NCBI RefSeq assembly: GCF_036321535.1
Contig: NC_087437.1
Location: 67,024,001-67,088,000, forward strand
Reading direction: 5' to 3'
DNA from: Camelus dromedarius
Taxonomy: Eukaryota
DNA: 64,000 nt
In this document: piece by piece, positions 12,810-25,400 of the stretch
Layout: each line of letters begins with the position of its first letter
Numbering within the stretch: position 1 is the stretch's first letter
Made by a program: the position numbers and the translations under genes
Notes under the pieces: generated by a model
Databases searched by the model: none
Seen by the model: only the letters and a program-made list of their open reading frames with translations
What the model was told of the DNA's origin: nothing

Positions 12810-13300
12810 AAAATTCTTTATTTTTGTATGATAATTTTTTGCATTACGAAAGTAACATCTCCTAGGCATAAAAGTTCAAACACTGCAGAAGTGTTTAAGA
12901 ATTGACTCATACCCTGCCTCCACCCACTGAATTCTCTGCTTTTGCTGTGCATTGTTCCAGACCTTTTTCTAATCACAAGGCCGGCATGTACATGTAATTA
13001 AAAAAATAATGCCATCAATATTGTTCTACAACTTATTTTTTAAAACATAGCACTTTGATATGGGCATCTTGCCACATCTGTTGCATGGACCCATCACATT
13101 CTTTTTAGTGACCATTTAGTATTTCATAGGTGTATATACTATACTTTATTTAGCTGTTTCCCCCTTGTTGGATATTTATGTTGTTTCTGATTTTTCAGTG
13201 TTAATGATGTAGTGAACATCTTTATACATATAACCTCTACATTTGTGTAGGTATTTTTGTAGTCTAGGTTGCCCAAAGAGGAATTGTTTGGTTGTACACA
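12810..13300 (-). mobile_element. old L1M (L1ME-like) 3' fragment
   Basis: cccccttgttggatatttatgttgtttctgatttttcagtgttaatgatgtagtgaacatcttt is a decayed antisense L1 3' motif. Confidence 0.6.
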
Positions 13301-13319
13301 TTCAGCATCTGGGGTGAGA

Positions 13320-13580
13320 CGATAGCATTGTGTAAAAGTTCATGGGCTTTGTGTAGTCAGACAGGCTGGGTTTGAATTCCTGACTTGTCATTTATTTGTT
13401 GTAGGACTTAGGGAATGTTATAATGTCCTGAGCTTGAGTTTGATTATCATATAGAGTGGAGTTGGTCTTCCTCAGTGCGTTGAGAAGGTACTAAATTAAA
13501 TGAAATGCCACCTCTAAACTGTCTAGCATAGTGCCTGGCACATAGAAAATGCTTCGTGAGTGGCAGTTACTGTTATGAGG
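13320..13580 (+). mobile_element. MIR, near full length
   Basis: gtcagacaggctgggtttgaattcctgac ... tagcatagtgcctggcacatagaaaatgct. Confidence 0.75.
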
Positions 13581-15404
13581 ATTGCTCAGCCACAACTTGA
13601 GTCAGGAGGTAGGAGTTCTATGCAGGGTTGTCAGTGGAGGTGTGACCTCGTCCAGTTTTCCAGGCCTGCTTTCACTTGCAAAATGAGGGAGTTAGATAAG
13701 GTAATCGCCTCTTCTTTTCCAGCTCTGTGATATCATGATGCTTTAACCTGGCTTCCAAGTATTGAGCATATTGGCAATAAAATAAGCTGGCAATAATATA
13801 GGACTGAGGTTAACATATTTATAAAACTTTTCCTAAAATAGTTATTTGACGTTCCTCTCCCTCTCCTCCAATCAATATAGTGAGACTTTATGGTGATATC
13901 TGTTTGAGGAATTAAAAAGATTAGAAAAAGTGGTTTTAAATATAAATAATTTTCTTTTAAAATTTTATTTTAAAATTAATTTCTGTTCACTTTGACTCAG
14001 GCTATGTACATACACCTTTATTTTCTTATATCCTTTATAACATAAACAGGTATTGTATGTATCAGGAGAGGGTCAATTGTGAGCAGGCTTTAAATGTGAC
14101 AAGTTTTTTACCACAATCACTGTATTCTGGTCCTTTAGTGCAATTTTTATAACTTTTCCCTGCTTTTTATCTCATAATGACTTTTCTTGGTCTAAGTCAG
14201 GTATAGGTGTCTAAAATTTATCTATTCTGGGTTACATGATGAATATAGACATTTTAGTAGTGTTATTGTTGATTAAAAGTGAAAAGCCTGGGAGCTTTAA
14301 AAAAAAACCGTTGAGTTTGGGGGAGGTAGTGATACTTAAAGCTCTGGAGGAGCGTGGTCAAGCACATTTAATTCTGACTTATATCATTGATAATGTTTCC
14401 CAGCTGTTCTTTGTGCATTTTCATGAAAGAGGATGTTTCCATACAAAGCCAGGTGGTCTCCCTAATGGACATTAGTCACATTGGCAGAATTTCCAAAATA
14501 ATTTTGAGATTCATAAACTCACTGCCTACTGTGTTTCCTTGGTAAGTATAGTTTATTGTCAGATCATTAAATTTTTCCTGAAGCTAAAACACACTAGTAG
14601 AGAAGGTTCTTGAGTTTTGTGCTCCAAAATAGTTATAGTTTCTCAAATATGATTATTTTCATGAAAATATTTTTTGGAAGTGTCTTTTGATTCTTCCTAA
14701 TTCATGATTTTATTGTTCTCAGAGCAAGATATGTTTCATCTGCCCTTTGATCAATCTATATTTCCAGCTTCCATCCTATCATTTGCACTTCTTTGAACAA
14801 ATTAATTGTGCTCTTCCCTCCTCCTTCCCTGGTTACTTCGAATTCAGGGGGTTGAGTTGTATTTCTCATTAGTAAGAAAGTGTAATGTTGTGAGCCACTG
14901 GGAGCTGGACCAGTAAGGTCTCTTGGAGCCCTTTAATTCCATAATGTCCTTGATCTGATGAAGCCGCTCAGTAAATCTCTTCACGATTCCCACGACCAAG
15001 CCATCTGCCTGCATTGAAATAATCAAATCTGCTTACTCTGTCAGTGCCTAACGAATATTCTATAAACTGACGATGATGACCATGAACACAAAAATAATCT
15101 TGAATTCTTGCCTCAGATTCTCTCGACACAGTGGAAGTTGGCAGGCTAGCTTTCTTTCTCTTTCTCTTTGACTTGAGTAAGAGGGGAGTGGAACCCTTGC
15201 CCCAACTCCTTCCATTCCAGTTACCCAAATATGGCAGGTGAACTGCTTCAGCTTTTCCACATACTTCACAAAACCTTTACTGGCCCTTCTATTTCATATA
15301 TGCTTGCTAATATGTACACACACACATGTATCTAATTTTATACATGGCAGTTTGTGTGTATGTATGTGCATGTGTATATATATATCTATCTATATCTGTA
15401 TATA

Positions 15405-15504
15405 GACATAAAGACCTGTACTCCAAAGACTGATGAAAGAAATTGAAGATGACTCAAACAGATGGAAATATATACGGTGTCCTTGGATGGGAAAACTCAC
15501 TATT
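15405..15504 (+). mobile_element. L1 ORF2 internal fragment, left part (interrupted)
   Basis: ctgatgaaagaaattgaagatgactcaaacagatggaaatatatacggtgtccttggatggga = LMKEIEDDSNRWKYIRCPWMG, the ORF2 segment just before 'NIVKM'. Confidence 0.8.
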
Positions 15505-15982
15505 TTTTTTCTTTTTTTAATTGCAGTATAGTCAGTTTACAGTGTTGTGTCAATTTCTGGTGTACAGCATAATGTTTCAGTCACACATATACATATATAT
15601 TCATTTTAGGTTATTACAAGATATTGAATATAGTTCCTTGTGCTATACAGTAGAAACTTGTCGTTTATCTATTTTATATACAGTAGTTAGTATCTGCAAA
15701 TCTCCAACTCCCAATGTATCCCTTCCCACCCCGTTCCTCCCCTGGTAACCATAAGTTTGTTTACTATGTCTGTAAGTCTGTTTTGTAGATAAGTTCATTA
15801 GTGTCTTCTTTTTTTTTTAGATTCCACATATAAGTGATATCATATGATATTTTTCTTGCTTTTTCTGACTTACTTCACTTAGAATGATGATCTCTAGGTC
15901 CATCTGTGTTGCAGCAAATGGCATTATTTTATTATTTTTTATGGCTGAGTAGTATTCCATTGTATAAATATACCACAGCTGC
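15505..15982 (-). mobile_element. young L1 3' end (copy A)
   Basis: Poly-T, 3' UTR, and ORF 15817-16002 with [39 protein letters not shown] (ORF2 C-terminus). Confidence 0.92.
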
Positions 15983-16883
15983 TTTTTTTTCAGTGTGAAC
16001 ATAACTTTTATTTATTTATTTATTTATAACATTTTTTACTGAGTTATAGTCATTTTACAACGTTGTGTCAAATTCCAGTGTAGAGCACAATTTTTCAGTT
16101 ATATGTCAACATATATATATTCATTGTCACATTTTTTTCACTGTGAGCTATCATAAGATCTTGTATATATTTCCCTGTGCTATACAGTATAATCTTGTTT
16201 ATCTATTCTACATTTTGAAATCCCAGTCTGTCCCTTCCCACACCCCGCCCCTTTGGCAACCACAAATTTGTATTCTATGTCTATGAGTCTGTTTCTGTTT
16301 TGTATTCATGTTTTTTTTTTTTTTTTAGATTCCACATATGAGCAATCTCATATGGTATTTTTCTTTCTCTTTCTGGCTTACTTCACTTGAATGACATTCT
16401 CCAGGAACATCCATGTTGCTGCAAATGGTATTATGTTGTCAGTTTTTATGGCTGAATAGTATTCCATTGTATAAATATACTGCAGCTTCTTTATCCAGTC
16501 ATCTGTCAGTGGACATTTAGGTTGTTTCCATGTCTTGGCTATTGTAAATAGTGCTGCTAAGAACATTGGGGTGCACGTGTCTTTTTGAATTAGAGTTCTC
16601 TCTGTATATATGCCCAGGAGTGGGATTGCTGGATCATATTGTAAGTCTATTTTTAGTTTTTTGATGGACTTTCCATACTGTTTTCCATAATGGTTGACCA
16701 AATTACATTCCCACCAGCAGTGTAGGAGGGTTTCCTTTTCTCCACACCCTCTCCAGCATTTATCATTTGTAAACTTTTGAATGCTGGCCATTCTGACAGG
16801 TGTGAGGTGATACCTCATTGTAGTTTTGATTTGCATTTCTCTGATAATTAGCAATACTGAGCATTTTTTCATGTGCCTATTGG
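15983..16883 (-). mobile_element. young L1 3' end (copy B, different 3' UTR type) with double A-tail
   Basis: ORF 16378-16872 is the ORF2 C-terminus with CCHC knuckle [18 protein letters not shown]; tail = (TTTA)n 16006-16025, 15-nt spacer, T8 15983-15990. Confidence 0.92.
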
Positions 16884-16889
16884 TATGAC

Positions 16890-17422
16890 AAGACTCAGTA
16901 TTGTTAAAATGATCATACTACCCAAGGCAATCTACAGACTCAGTGCAATCCCTATCAAAATACCAATGGCATTTTTCACAGAGTGAGAACAAAAAGAATT
17001 AAAATTTGTATGGAAACACAAAAGACCCCGAATAGCCAAATGTATCTTTAGAAGAATGGAGCTGGAGGAATCATGCTTCTTGACTTCAGACTACAGAACT
17101 ACAGTAATCAAAACAGTATGGTTCTGGCACAAAAAGAGACACACAGATCAGGATAGAGAGCCCAGAAATAAACCCACACACTTATGGCCAATTAACTATG
17201 GCAAAGGAGGCAAGAATATACTGGGGAGAAGAGACAGTCTCTTCAGTAAGTGGTGCTGGGAGAACTGGACAGCTACATGTAGAAGACTGAAATTAGAACA
17301 CCATATACAAAAATAAATTCAAAATGGATTAAAGACCTGCATGTAAGACCAGATACTCTTAAACTCCTGGAGGAAAGCATAGGCAGAGCACTCTTTGACA
17401 TAATCACTGCAGTATTTTTTTA
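16890..17422 (+). mobile_element. L1 ORF2 internal fragment, right part
   Basis: agtattgttaaaatgatcatactacccaaggcaatctacaga... = [13 protein letters not shown]...; ORF 17056-17316 contains TVIKTVWFWHK and DSLFSKWCWENW; several indels. Confidence 0.9.
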
Positions 17423-18699
17423 GGTATCCATTGAAATCTCAGGCAGACTGGTGGTGTGTGTGGCCCAAGCTTCTGATGTTGCCTGGACTTTGGAGGCTGT
17501 GGCAGCATCACGCTGTGCAGTGCGTGATCCCAGGGCCTGTTCCTAGGCAAAAATAGTTCAGTTTTTTCACATCTTAGAACCACCGAATCTTTAAATGATT
17601 TCTTCTTGGTATTCTTAACATCTTGCTCTCCTTTCTTTCTTCACCACCTTCGTTAATTTATATTTTTGTCATTTTAAGTTTGCATTATTCCAGCAGTTTT
17701 CTAGGCTGGTCTTTACATCATTTTTTTCCCTCTTTGATCCATTGCTTACTCTCTACCAGGATACTTTTCTGTCAAACGCTGCTTTCATCATATCTCTCCC
17801 TTCCTTTGACAACAGTAATAACAGCAAACTCCAGAAATCTTAAAGGGTAAATTCCAAAGTTTTTGCAGCATCATTCAGTGTCCTCTGTGGCTCCCCCCCA
17901 CCCCCCGACATGGCAAGCTTCCACTGCCCCCTTGGGACACTCCGGTGCTGTCTCTTCAGCTTTGTTGCTCATATTTCCCATCTTCTTCTGGTTGGTCTGA
18001 AACACCTCACCTCCTTCTCTTGATACCCATCCTACCTACCCTTCTAGGCTCAGCTCGAGCCTGTTTCCTCTGAGGCTGCCTTATATCCCAGCCTGACTTT
18101 TTGGTAAGAGGTCTTTTCAGAACTCTTACAGGTTCCTAAGCAACATCATGGCAGTTCGTGCTGCTCCTTTGGTAGTGCCTCCACACTGCTGCGCTTTGTT
18201 TTTCTCATACTTTCTTGCAAGCTCCCCAGGGTGAGCACTTGGTTCTGTGCACATGGCAGGTGCTGAATCTGTGGAGTGCATGGATGAATTTTAGATCTTT
18301 GTTTTTCAGCAGTCTTTTATCTTATATTAGGTAACAGACAATCCAGTTTTCATTTTACAGGCGAAAAGTGGAAATTCTATACATGAAAATGAGATATTCA
18401 TGTGAATTTTAAAATGCTTTTATTACTAAAGCATAGATGTTTCTCATTCACAAAAAATGAGAAAAAAAACCCGCCCAGATTCTTTTATGCTGTGAATTGA
18501 ATTTGCGTTTCATTTGTGCTCCAGTTTTGAACAGGTTAATACAGTTTCTCAGGCTTTTCCTTTACATGAACTAAGTTTACGGTAGCTTCCCACTTTCTTC
18601 TGACATGTTCCTGCTGTCTTTCTGTAATTTATACTTTGTACAGTCCACTGAAGAACAATGACGTAGTCAGTTTTTTCTTTGATTATGATATATTTCAAA

Positions 18700-20440
18700 G
18701 TTGCTATATTTATTAGAAAAGAGCATAGTGACTGGGACTGAAGTTTTTAAAAGTTCAATGTACCAAAAATAGTGTAGAAATATTGAATACCACTTAATGA
18801 ATGATCATAAATGAATATACTTATGTAATCATCCTCTAGATCCAAAGACCACTCATTGCCCACACCCAGTAGCCCCCAAAGACCCTCACATTCACCCTAC
18901 CATTTTCTGCTCCCCAAAGGTAACCACTTTTTGACCTCTAACACCAGGACTTGGTATGTCTGTTTTTGAAATTTATATAAATAGTATCATCCATATTCAT
19001 TATGCATTCTTTTGTGTCTGGCTTTTAAAATTCAACGTTGTTTATGCTATTTATCCACACTGTTACATGTGATTGTAATTTCTTCGCCCCCATAACAGTA
19101 TAGCATTTCATGGTATGCATGCACCATGATATGGATTTATCCATCCTACTACTGATAGACGTTTAGGTTGTTTCTTGTTTTGGCCTGTGGTGAGCAGTGT
19201 TTCTGTGAACGTTCTTGTATGTGCTTTTTGATATGTCAGAGTCGGGTGTACACCTAAGACACAAACTGCATATATTCAACTTTAGTACATGCTGCCGTTT
19301 CCCCAAAGTGTGCTGATCTTTGTGCCCTCCAGTAGCGTGTGGAGTTCTGCTTCCTCTGCATCCTGTGAACACCGAGCATTGTCGGCTTATTTTATTACTT
19401 TCGTCATTCTGCTGGGTGAATAATGGCAACTCCTCAAGTGTGCCTGTTTGCAGGTATTTTGCATTTCCCTGATTACTAGTGCGACTGCTCACCTTTTCCC
19501 TTTCTCACTGGCCGTTTAGGTATCCGCTTTTGTGAATTGTCTATTCAAGTCTTTTTGGTAGTTTTTTTTGAAACGGCTTTATGGAGATACAATTTACATA
19601 CAATATAATTCACCCACTTAAGGAGCACAAGCAATGCTTTTTGGTATATTACATTATTAATTTTTAAGACTCAATGTAAAATGTTACATAAAATTAGTCA
19701 TTTTAACTATTTTAAGAGTACAGTTCAGTGGCATTAGGCGCTTTCACAATGTTCTACAACCCTCATCACTGTCTGTTTCTAAAACTTTTTCATCACCGCA
19801 GGCAGAAACTCTATAAATGTTAAGCAGTAACTCCCCGTTCCCTCTACCCCTATGAATCTCTATGAATTTGCCTAATCTAGGTATCTCATATAGGTGCAGT
19901 CATACAATATTTGTCCTTTTGTGGCTGATTTATTTTCCTTAGTGTGATTTCAAGATTCATCTATGTTATGTAGCATGTGTCAGAACCTCATTACTTTTTA
20001 TGGCTGAATAACATTTCATTGTTATGTATATGCTGCATTGGTTTTTCTGTTTATCTGTTGATGAATCCTTTGGTTTTTTGCCAATTTTTAAAATTAGGGA
20101 GTCTGCATGTCTTTCTTCCCCCTGATTTGTATGGGTTTGAAAAGTACTTTTGCTGAAATACTGGCACTTTATTGGCTATATGTGTTGTAAAATCTTCTAC
20201 TCTGTGACATACCTTTTCACTCATATTTTGGTGTCTTTTAAAGAACAGTTCTTAATTTTAATTCAGTTTTAACTTTGTTTTCCTTTTTAACTAGCACTTT
20301 TTGTATCTTGGCTAAGAGATCTTTGCCTAACCCAATGTAATGAAGATAGTCTATTGTCTTCCAGAAAATCTACTGTTTATTTTTTATATTTTGACCTGCA
20401 GCCCACCTGAAACTGATTTTTCGTGTGTGTGCTAAGAGTT
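18700..20440 (-). mobile_element. old L1M fragment with a nested L1MA/MB-like 3' end (~19562-20070)
   Basis: Antisense L1 3' motifs (ggtaaccactttttgacctctaac; ttgaaacggctttatggagatacaatttacatac; cagttcagtggcattaggc; tttttatggctgaataac). Confidence 0.75.
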
Positions 20441-21061
20441 GAAAGTCAAGGACTAAAACTTACTTTCTGTGCTGATTTACCTGTTTACATTATGTCCAGT
20501 CCTTTTGGTTAGAAAAGTGCTTTGATGGGGTCTTACCCTTCATCTTACCTCCAGGGTCTAGCATAATGCTTTGCACGTGGTACGTGATCAGTAAATGCTT
20601 ATTACCAATGGTCAAGCCGTAAAGACTCCTTTCCCAAAAGACACACAGGGACTCAAACAGAATGGTAAGAAGTCTGAGTTTATTCTTAAATAGTATTCAA
20701 TTATAACTTCCTCTTTACGGCATTATTTTCTTCTCTTTTTGTGTGTGTTATCTCCCTCTTCCTCCTCTGTTGTCACTGCCGTCTTTACCATCATCTCCTT
20801 TTCCTTCACTAATATCATCTAATTTTAATTTACATTACTTCCCTTTAAAAACAATCATTTTGGTTTTATAATATTATAAAACTATTGGGTAACTTGCATT
20901 ATAACACCACCACGTTACTTTTGTTTTGTACCAGGAATTTTTACCTATGATCCAGAAATGTTTTTCAGAGACATCACAGAAATTTTTGTGTTGTACTCAT
21001 TTGATATTTTTCTTTTTCTTGCTAGAGAATATCTCAACTTTTTAAAGTGTATTCTCTAATT

Positions 21062-21330
21062 TTCCAATAAACTATTGAGAAACCTACTCTTTATACACCA
21101 CTATACCAGGCATTGTGGGTTACACAGGGTATTCAATACAGTACCTGGTCTTAAGGAACTTAATGCCAATGTAACTATAGTTAGAATTATAAACACAGTT
21201 ACAACTTGGAGATTTATGTGAATCAGAAAAGGAGTAAGTGTGGCACACTTGTCAGAATCATGTGGGGAAACTGAAGTGAAGATATGTAGTAGCTCAAGTG
21301 TCAAGTGGAAGAAGATGCAGCCAGATAGTG
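21062..21330 (-). mobile_element. L2 3' fragment
   Basis: caataaactattgagaaacctact...taccaggcattgtg...cctggtcttaaggaactta. Confidence 0.6.
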
Positions 21331-22368
21331 GCCTTGTGCACGGCCTGTCTGGTCTTTATCCCAGCTGATGAGACAAAACAGCTCTGCTTTTTCTGGATTC
21401 AGCCGTTTTCAAGGAAAAAACAAAACAAAAAAGGGAGGCTTTATTATGCCCCAGGCATCTGAAGATAGAAAGATGCAAAAAGTGTATGGTCTAGTCTTCA
21501 GGACTCCATGAGTTTAGTCTAAAAGACAAACCTGATTCAGCTCATTATGATTTAGTCTGTTATGTTAATGGTACGAGTGAAGTATTGTTTCCTTCTCATT
21601 CTTGCTTTGACCAGGCCATGTCATTTTCCTAGGTGGTATGGTTCTTGGGGTCTGCACACCATGCAGGTGGCCACTTGGACCACATGCTAGAGGGATGGCT
21701 TGGAGGCAATGCTCCTGGTTCCTCAGGACCCGTGGGAAGTGCATGAGAAACCTAGGAGTGCTTGCATATCCTGGTGAGGGGTCTGAGGTTAGTGTGAAGA
21801 AATCTGTGTGTGCAGGGATTTCAAGATCAGAGACAAATGGCCAGGCCCATTGTACAGGCTGCGAACCAGCATAGACCCACCCACCACTGTTCCCCATTCA
21901 ACACAACCACCACCACTGGAAAGATCACCCCCACGGGGGACCAGTCTCACCTCACTGGTTACTCATCTGGGAGTGGCAGTTAAGATGCTCTACCAAAGAG
22001 GCCAGTGAAGACCTAGAGGGCCACCTCTCTTCTCTGCCTAAGGGAGTTTGAGGATGCTCTCCTTCATGCAGTCAGGTACCATCTTGAAGGAAAACAGGAC
22101 AAGGGGAAAGAAGTCTGAAAGACTGACCATTTATCTGAGCCACCCAAAGAGACATCTATAAGATTACCGAAAGAGATTGTTCAAATTATTGGATCGGCCT
22201 TCAATGACCAGATTGGGCAGAATTTAGTTATCCCCCTCACCCCTGCTACCCACCTGGTTTTGTGGGTTGTTGGGAGGTGAGAAATGGTAAAAAGATCATA
22301 TCAGTGTGAAAGAAAATAGATTCTACTTCTTTGCATATGCTTATTTATTAACAAAGAAATGTAAATGT

Positions 22369-22416
22369 ACTTATTGCTGTCTTCTTGGTAACACTTACTG
22401 CTGTCCTCTTGGTAAC
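22369..22416. repeat. 24-bp tandem duplication
   Basis: acttattgctgtcttcttggtaac / acttactgctgtcctcttggtaac (22/24 identical). Confidence 0.9.
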
Positions 22417-25400
22417 ATTTGGCTTGAATGTATGGCCAGTCCCACAGAGTCTAGGGTCCTCATCTGGCCAGATGCGCCAGTCTTGAGCTCTGTCCTAGTT
22501 TTTAACTTAAGCTGATGTACCAACATGGCAGCAAGTGTGTAAGCAAGTACACAGACCCGACTACAGTGGTTTATTGAATCTCAATAAGTGATCTTTTCTT
22601 TTAAGAAAAGCCTCTTTATTTGCTTGATCACTTGGAGTGCTTTTTTAAAATACTTGGATTTGGCAGGCTTTTTCAATACGGCGATGCCCACAGTGAACTG
22701 AATGTGGTTAAACAGCTTGGAACACTGGTGTTGAATAGGCACTGGGCACATGTGCCAAAGGGTGGCAAGCCAAGGCGCCCCGCCTCCGGTGCCCGCTCTG
22801 CCAGGCTTCAGTTCCGCTGCCCCAGCACTTCTGGTGCCTCTCTCAGGCAGCACATTGCTTCTGTGTTTGGTGTCCCAAGTGTCCAGTCCCGATGTCAAGT
22901 TTCCACTAAGGTCATAGCTGCCATTATTGTGTACCCACCTCGCCTTGCCATTTTGGGTGTGTCTACTCGATAATCTTGAAGACAAGCCTGTGAGACAGAT
23001 GAATGTGAGTTGTGTTTCCAAGGGGAAGGATGACTGTGCGGTTGGAGAGTAGCGTGAATTTCAGTACCTGGAGTTAGTGCCTGGAAGAGTAAGTAAGGTA
23101 ATGTGTGAAGTGCCCACTGCTGCGTCAGGCTCAGGCAGTCAGTGCCTAGGTTACATTTTCTCTTCTAAACTCTGACTTGTGGTGATTTTGTCCCCATTCT
23201 GTGGCCTACCTGGAGAAGAATTTGGGGAGCATTTAAATGAGCTGTGTGAGTGGGGCTTATAAAGACCTTCAGAACCTTAAGCATGAAAAGATATGGTGCT
23301 CCCTCCTGTGAAACTCAAAATGAGACAATGAACTATGAAGGGAGCAAGTCCAACCCAGTTGAGTTATTTTTCCTTCAAGAGGACTGCTTTAGTCTTTGTT
23401 CTGAAATAACAAATGTCAACCTTAAAAATCTCTCTCTCTCCCTCTTCCTGCCTTGCTGGTGCCTTAAGTATTTGTTGGGTGTGCCTGTTGGATAACGCAA
23501 TACAAGCCATAGGAGTTTAGAGCTTTGTTTTTATTTATTTCAAATAAGTTGGCATGGTAGAAGATTTATAAGTTCTCACATTCGAAGGGGCATGATTGAA
23601 AATTATTATATGAACAAGAAATTGTGCTTGGCCATTGTGTTAGGTGTTAGATGTTTGGACTCTGCAGGTGGTAGGAAAGATGTACAAAACTCCATTCCAG
23701 CCTTCACTGAGTTGACAGTTTTCAAGGAGGGAAAGAAGAACACTGCTAGATACTCATCCTTCAAATATACATTATATAATTAAGCTTCACCACACCGTTG
23801 CATTATTTCCATGTTATAAACAAGGAAAAGTTAAATAAGGTCACAGCTTGTGTCTTTTGGTATACAAAACCTATCCTCTTCTTGCTTCAGGAAAAGGAGA
23901 GCAAGAAAATACTGTCATTTCAACTTGAAACCTCTTTTCCTTTTCTTTGTTCTGGGCCTGGAAAATAAGGCTTATGCTTCTGGACCCAGGTTGGATGTCA
24001 CCTTCCACGTGGTCTCCCTGACTTGGCTTTTTCCCTCCCTAGGTCCATAGAATGTTGTTCAGGCTTCAGCCCCTCCTGTTTTCTGTAATCTGTGCACTCA
24101 CCTCTTTGTTTAATCCTCCTCTTCCTTCCTTACCCTTAGGCACTGCACCTGGTACACAGCCAGCGCTTAATTGATATTTGTTTCTTAAGTAATAAGCGAT
24201 AATTGTATATTTCAGGCTGTAAGTGCAACTGGACTTCAAAGAGACTTTATGGAACAGCGTCTCGCAGTGTCTGAAGAGGACTTAGCGGAGCTCGGGGAGG
24301 CGGGGCAGAGCAGATGGGGAGGGAGAGGTGAGGACAGCATCAGAAGGGGTCACGTGCAAAGGAGCAGTGCTGACTCCTGTTAGGAAGTGAGTTAAATTTG
24401 GATGCTACGTTTATAATTTTAGCTCTTTGAGAACTGCCCCTACTGGTATCTCTTTTCTTTTGTTTCCTCAAAATTAATTATCTTTTTGTAGCTATGGCAA
24501 CTCATTTGAAGCTCTATTATGCATGTAATCTGTACACATTGAACTATTTGCTTCAGCATTCTAAACATTTTCCTGCATAGTCAATAATTCTATATTTACA
24601 ATGTTCTCTTACTTCTGGTGAAAATTGGCTTTTCCCTTTAGATTTCTAAAGATGATTTAAAAAAGAATTAGGAATGACAGCTTGACTAATAAATTACCAT
24701 GAATGACCATCATCTTTGTCACTAACGATCATGCCATTATTTGCTTATACTGACATATTTCTAGGCCGTTTTTACTTTGAGAAGCTTTGAACACAGGACA
24801 CACCCCACCCTGTTTTCCCCAATTACCTGGCCCAAGGACCCCTCCACCCTCACTCCTGAGAGCTCCTGCACCTCTGCCCCCCTTCTTGGGCTCCTGCAGC
24901 CTGGCGGGGCACCCCTTGTGCCTCCTGCCTGGCTCTGGTCTAGCCGGTTACACCCTGTGTTGGTACCTGCTGTTGTCTGGGCGCTGCTCATCATGTTGCT
25001 AAGCTCTTCAGCTCAGCCCTTCCATCTGGTCTCAGACCGCTTGTCTGTTATGTCCCGCCTCTCCTGGAGGGGTCTCACACCTGCACCCCTGCTCACCTGG
25101 ATAGACTAGATGGTCAGATGGTTCCATGTTTTTGCCTCTATTTTGGTCAGAGTATTGTTTAGCCTTTGAACCTTCTTCTTCACTGGAAAGTGAGGCACAC
25201 AACACCCACCCCAGTGGGTGGCTGGACTGGATGAAGCGATGGCCCTAACACACCACGTGCATAGGAGGAGTCTAACTCCCAAGTCCGTGCTGCTTCTTAA
25301 AATGCTTGTTCACTTATAACACAGTGGTAGGTTAGGAACAGTGTAACTGACACAGAAAGAAACTATGCAAAGAACTTAAGTCTCCTTACATCATGCTAAA

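Noticed and set aside
16378..17316. L1 ORF2 ORFs as an active or domesticated reverse transcriptase gene
   Set aside because: Short truncated fragments with indels, on opposite strands, with no endonuclease or RT core.
16028..17422. Twin-priming 5' inversion as the explanation for the opposite-strand ORF2 pieces
   Set aside because: The sense piece continues a sense fragment on the far side (15405-15504) and looks more decayed than copy B, which fits an older host L1 better; not fully excluded.
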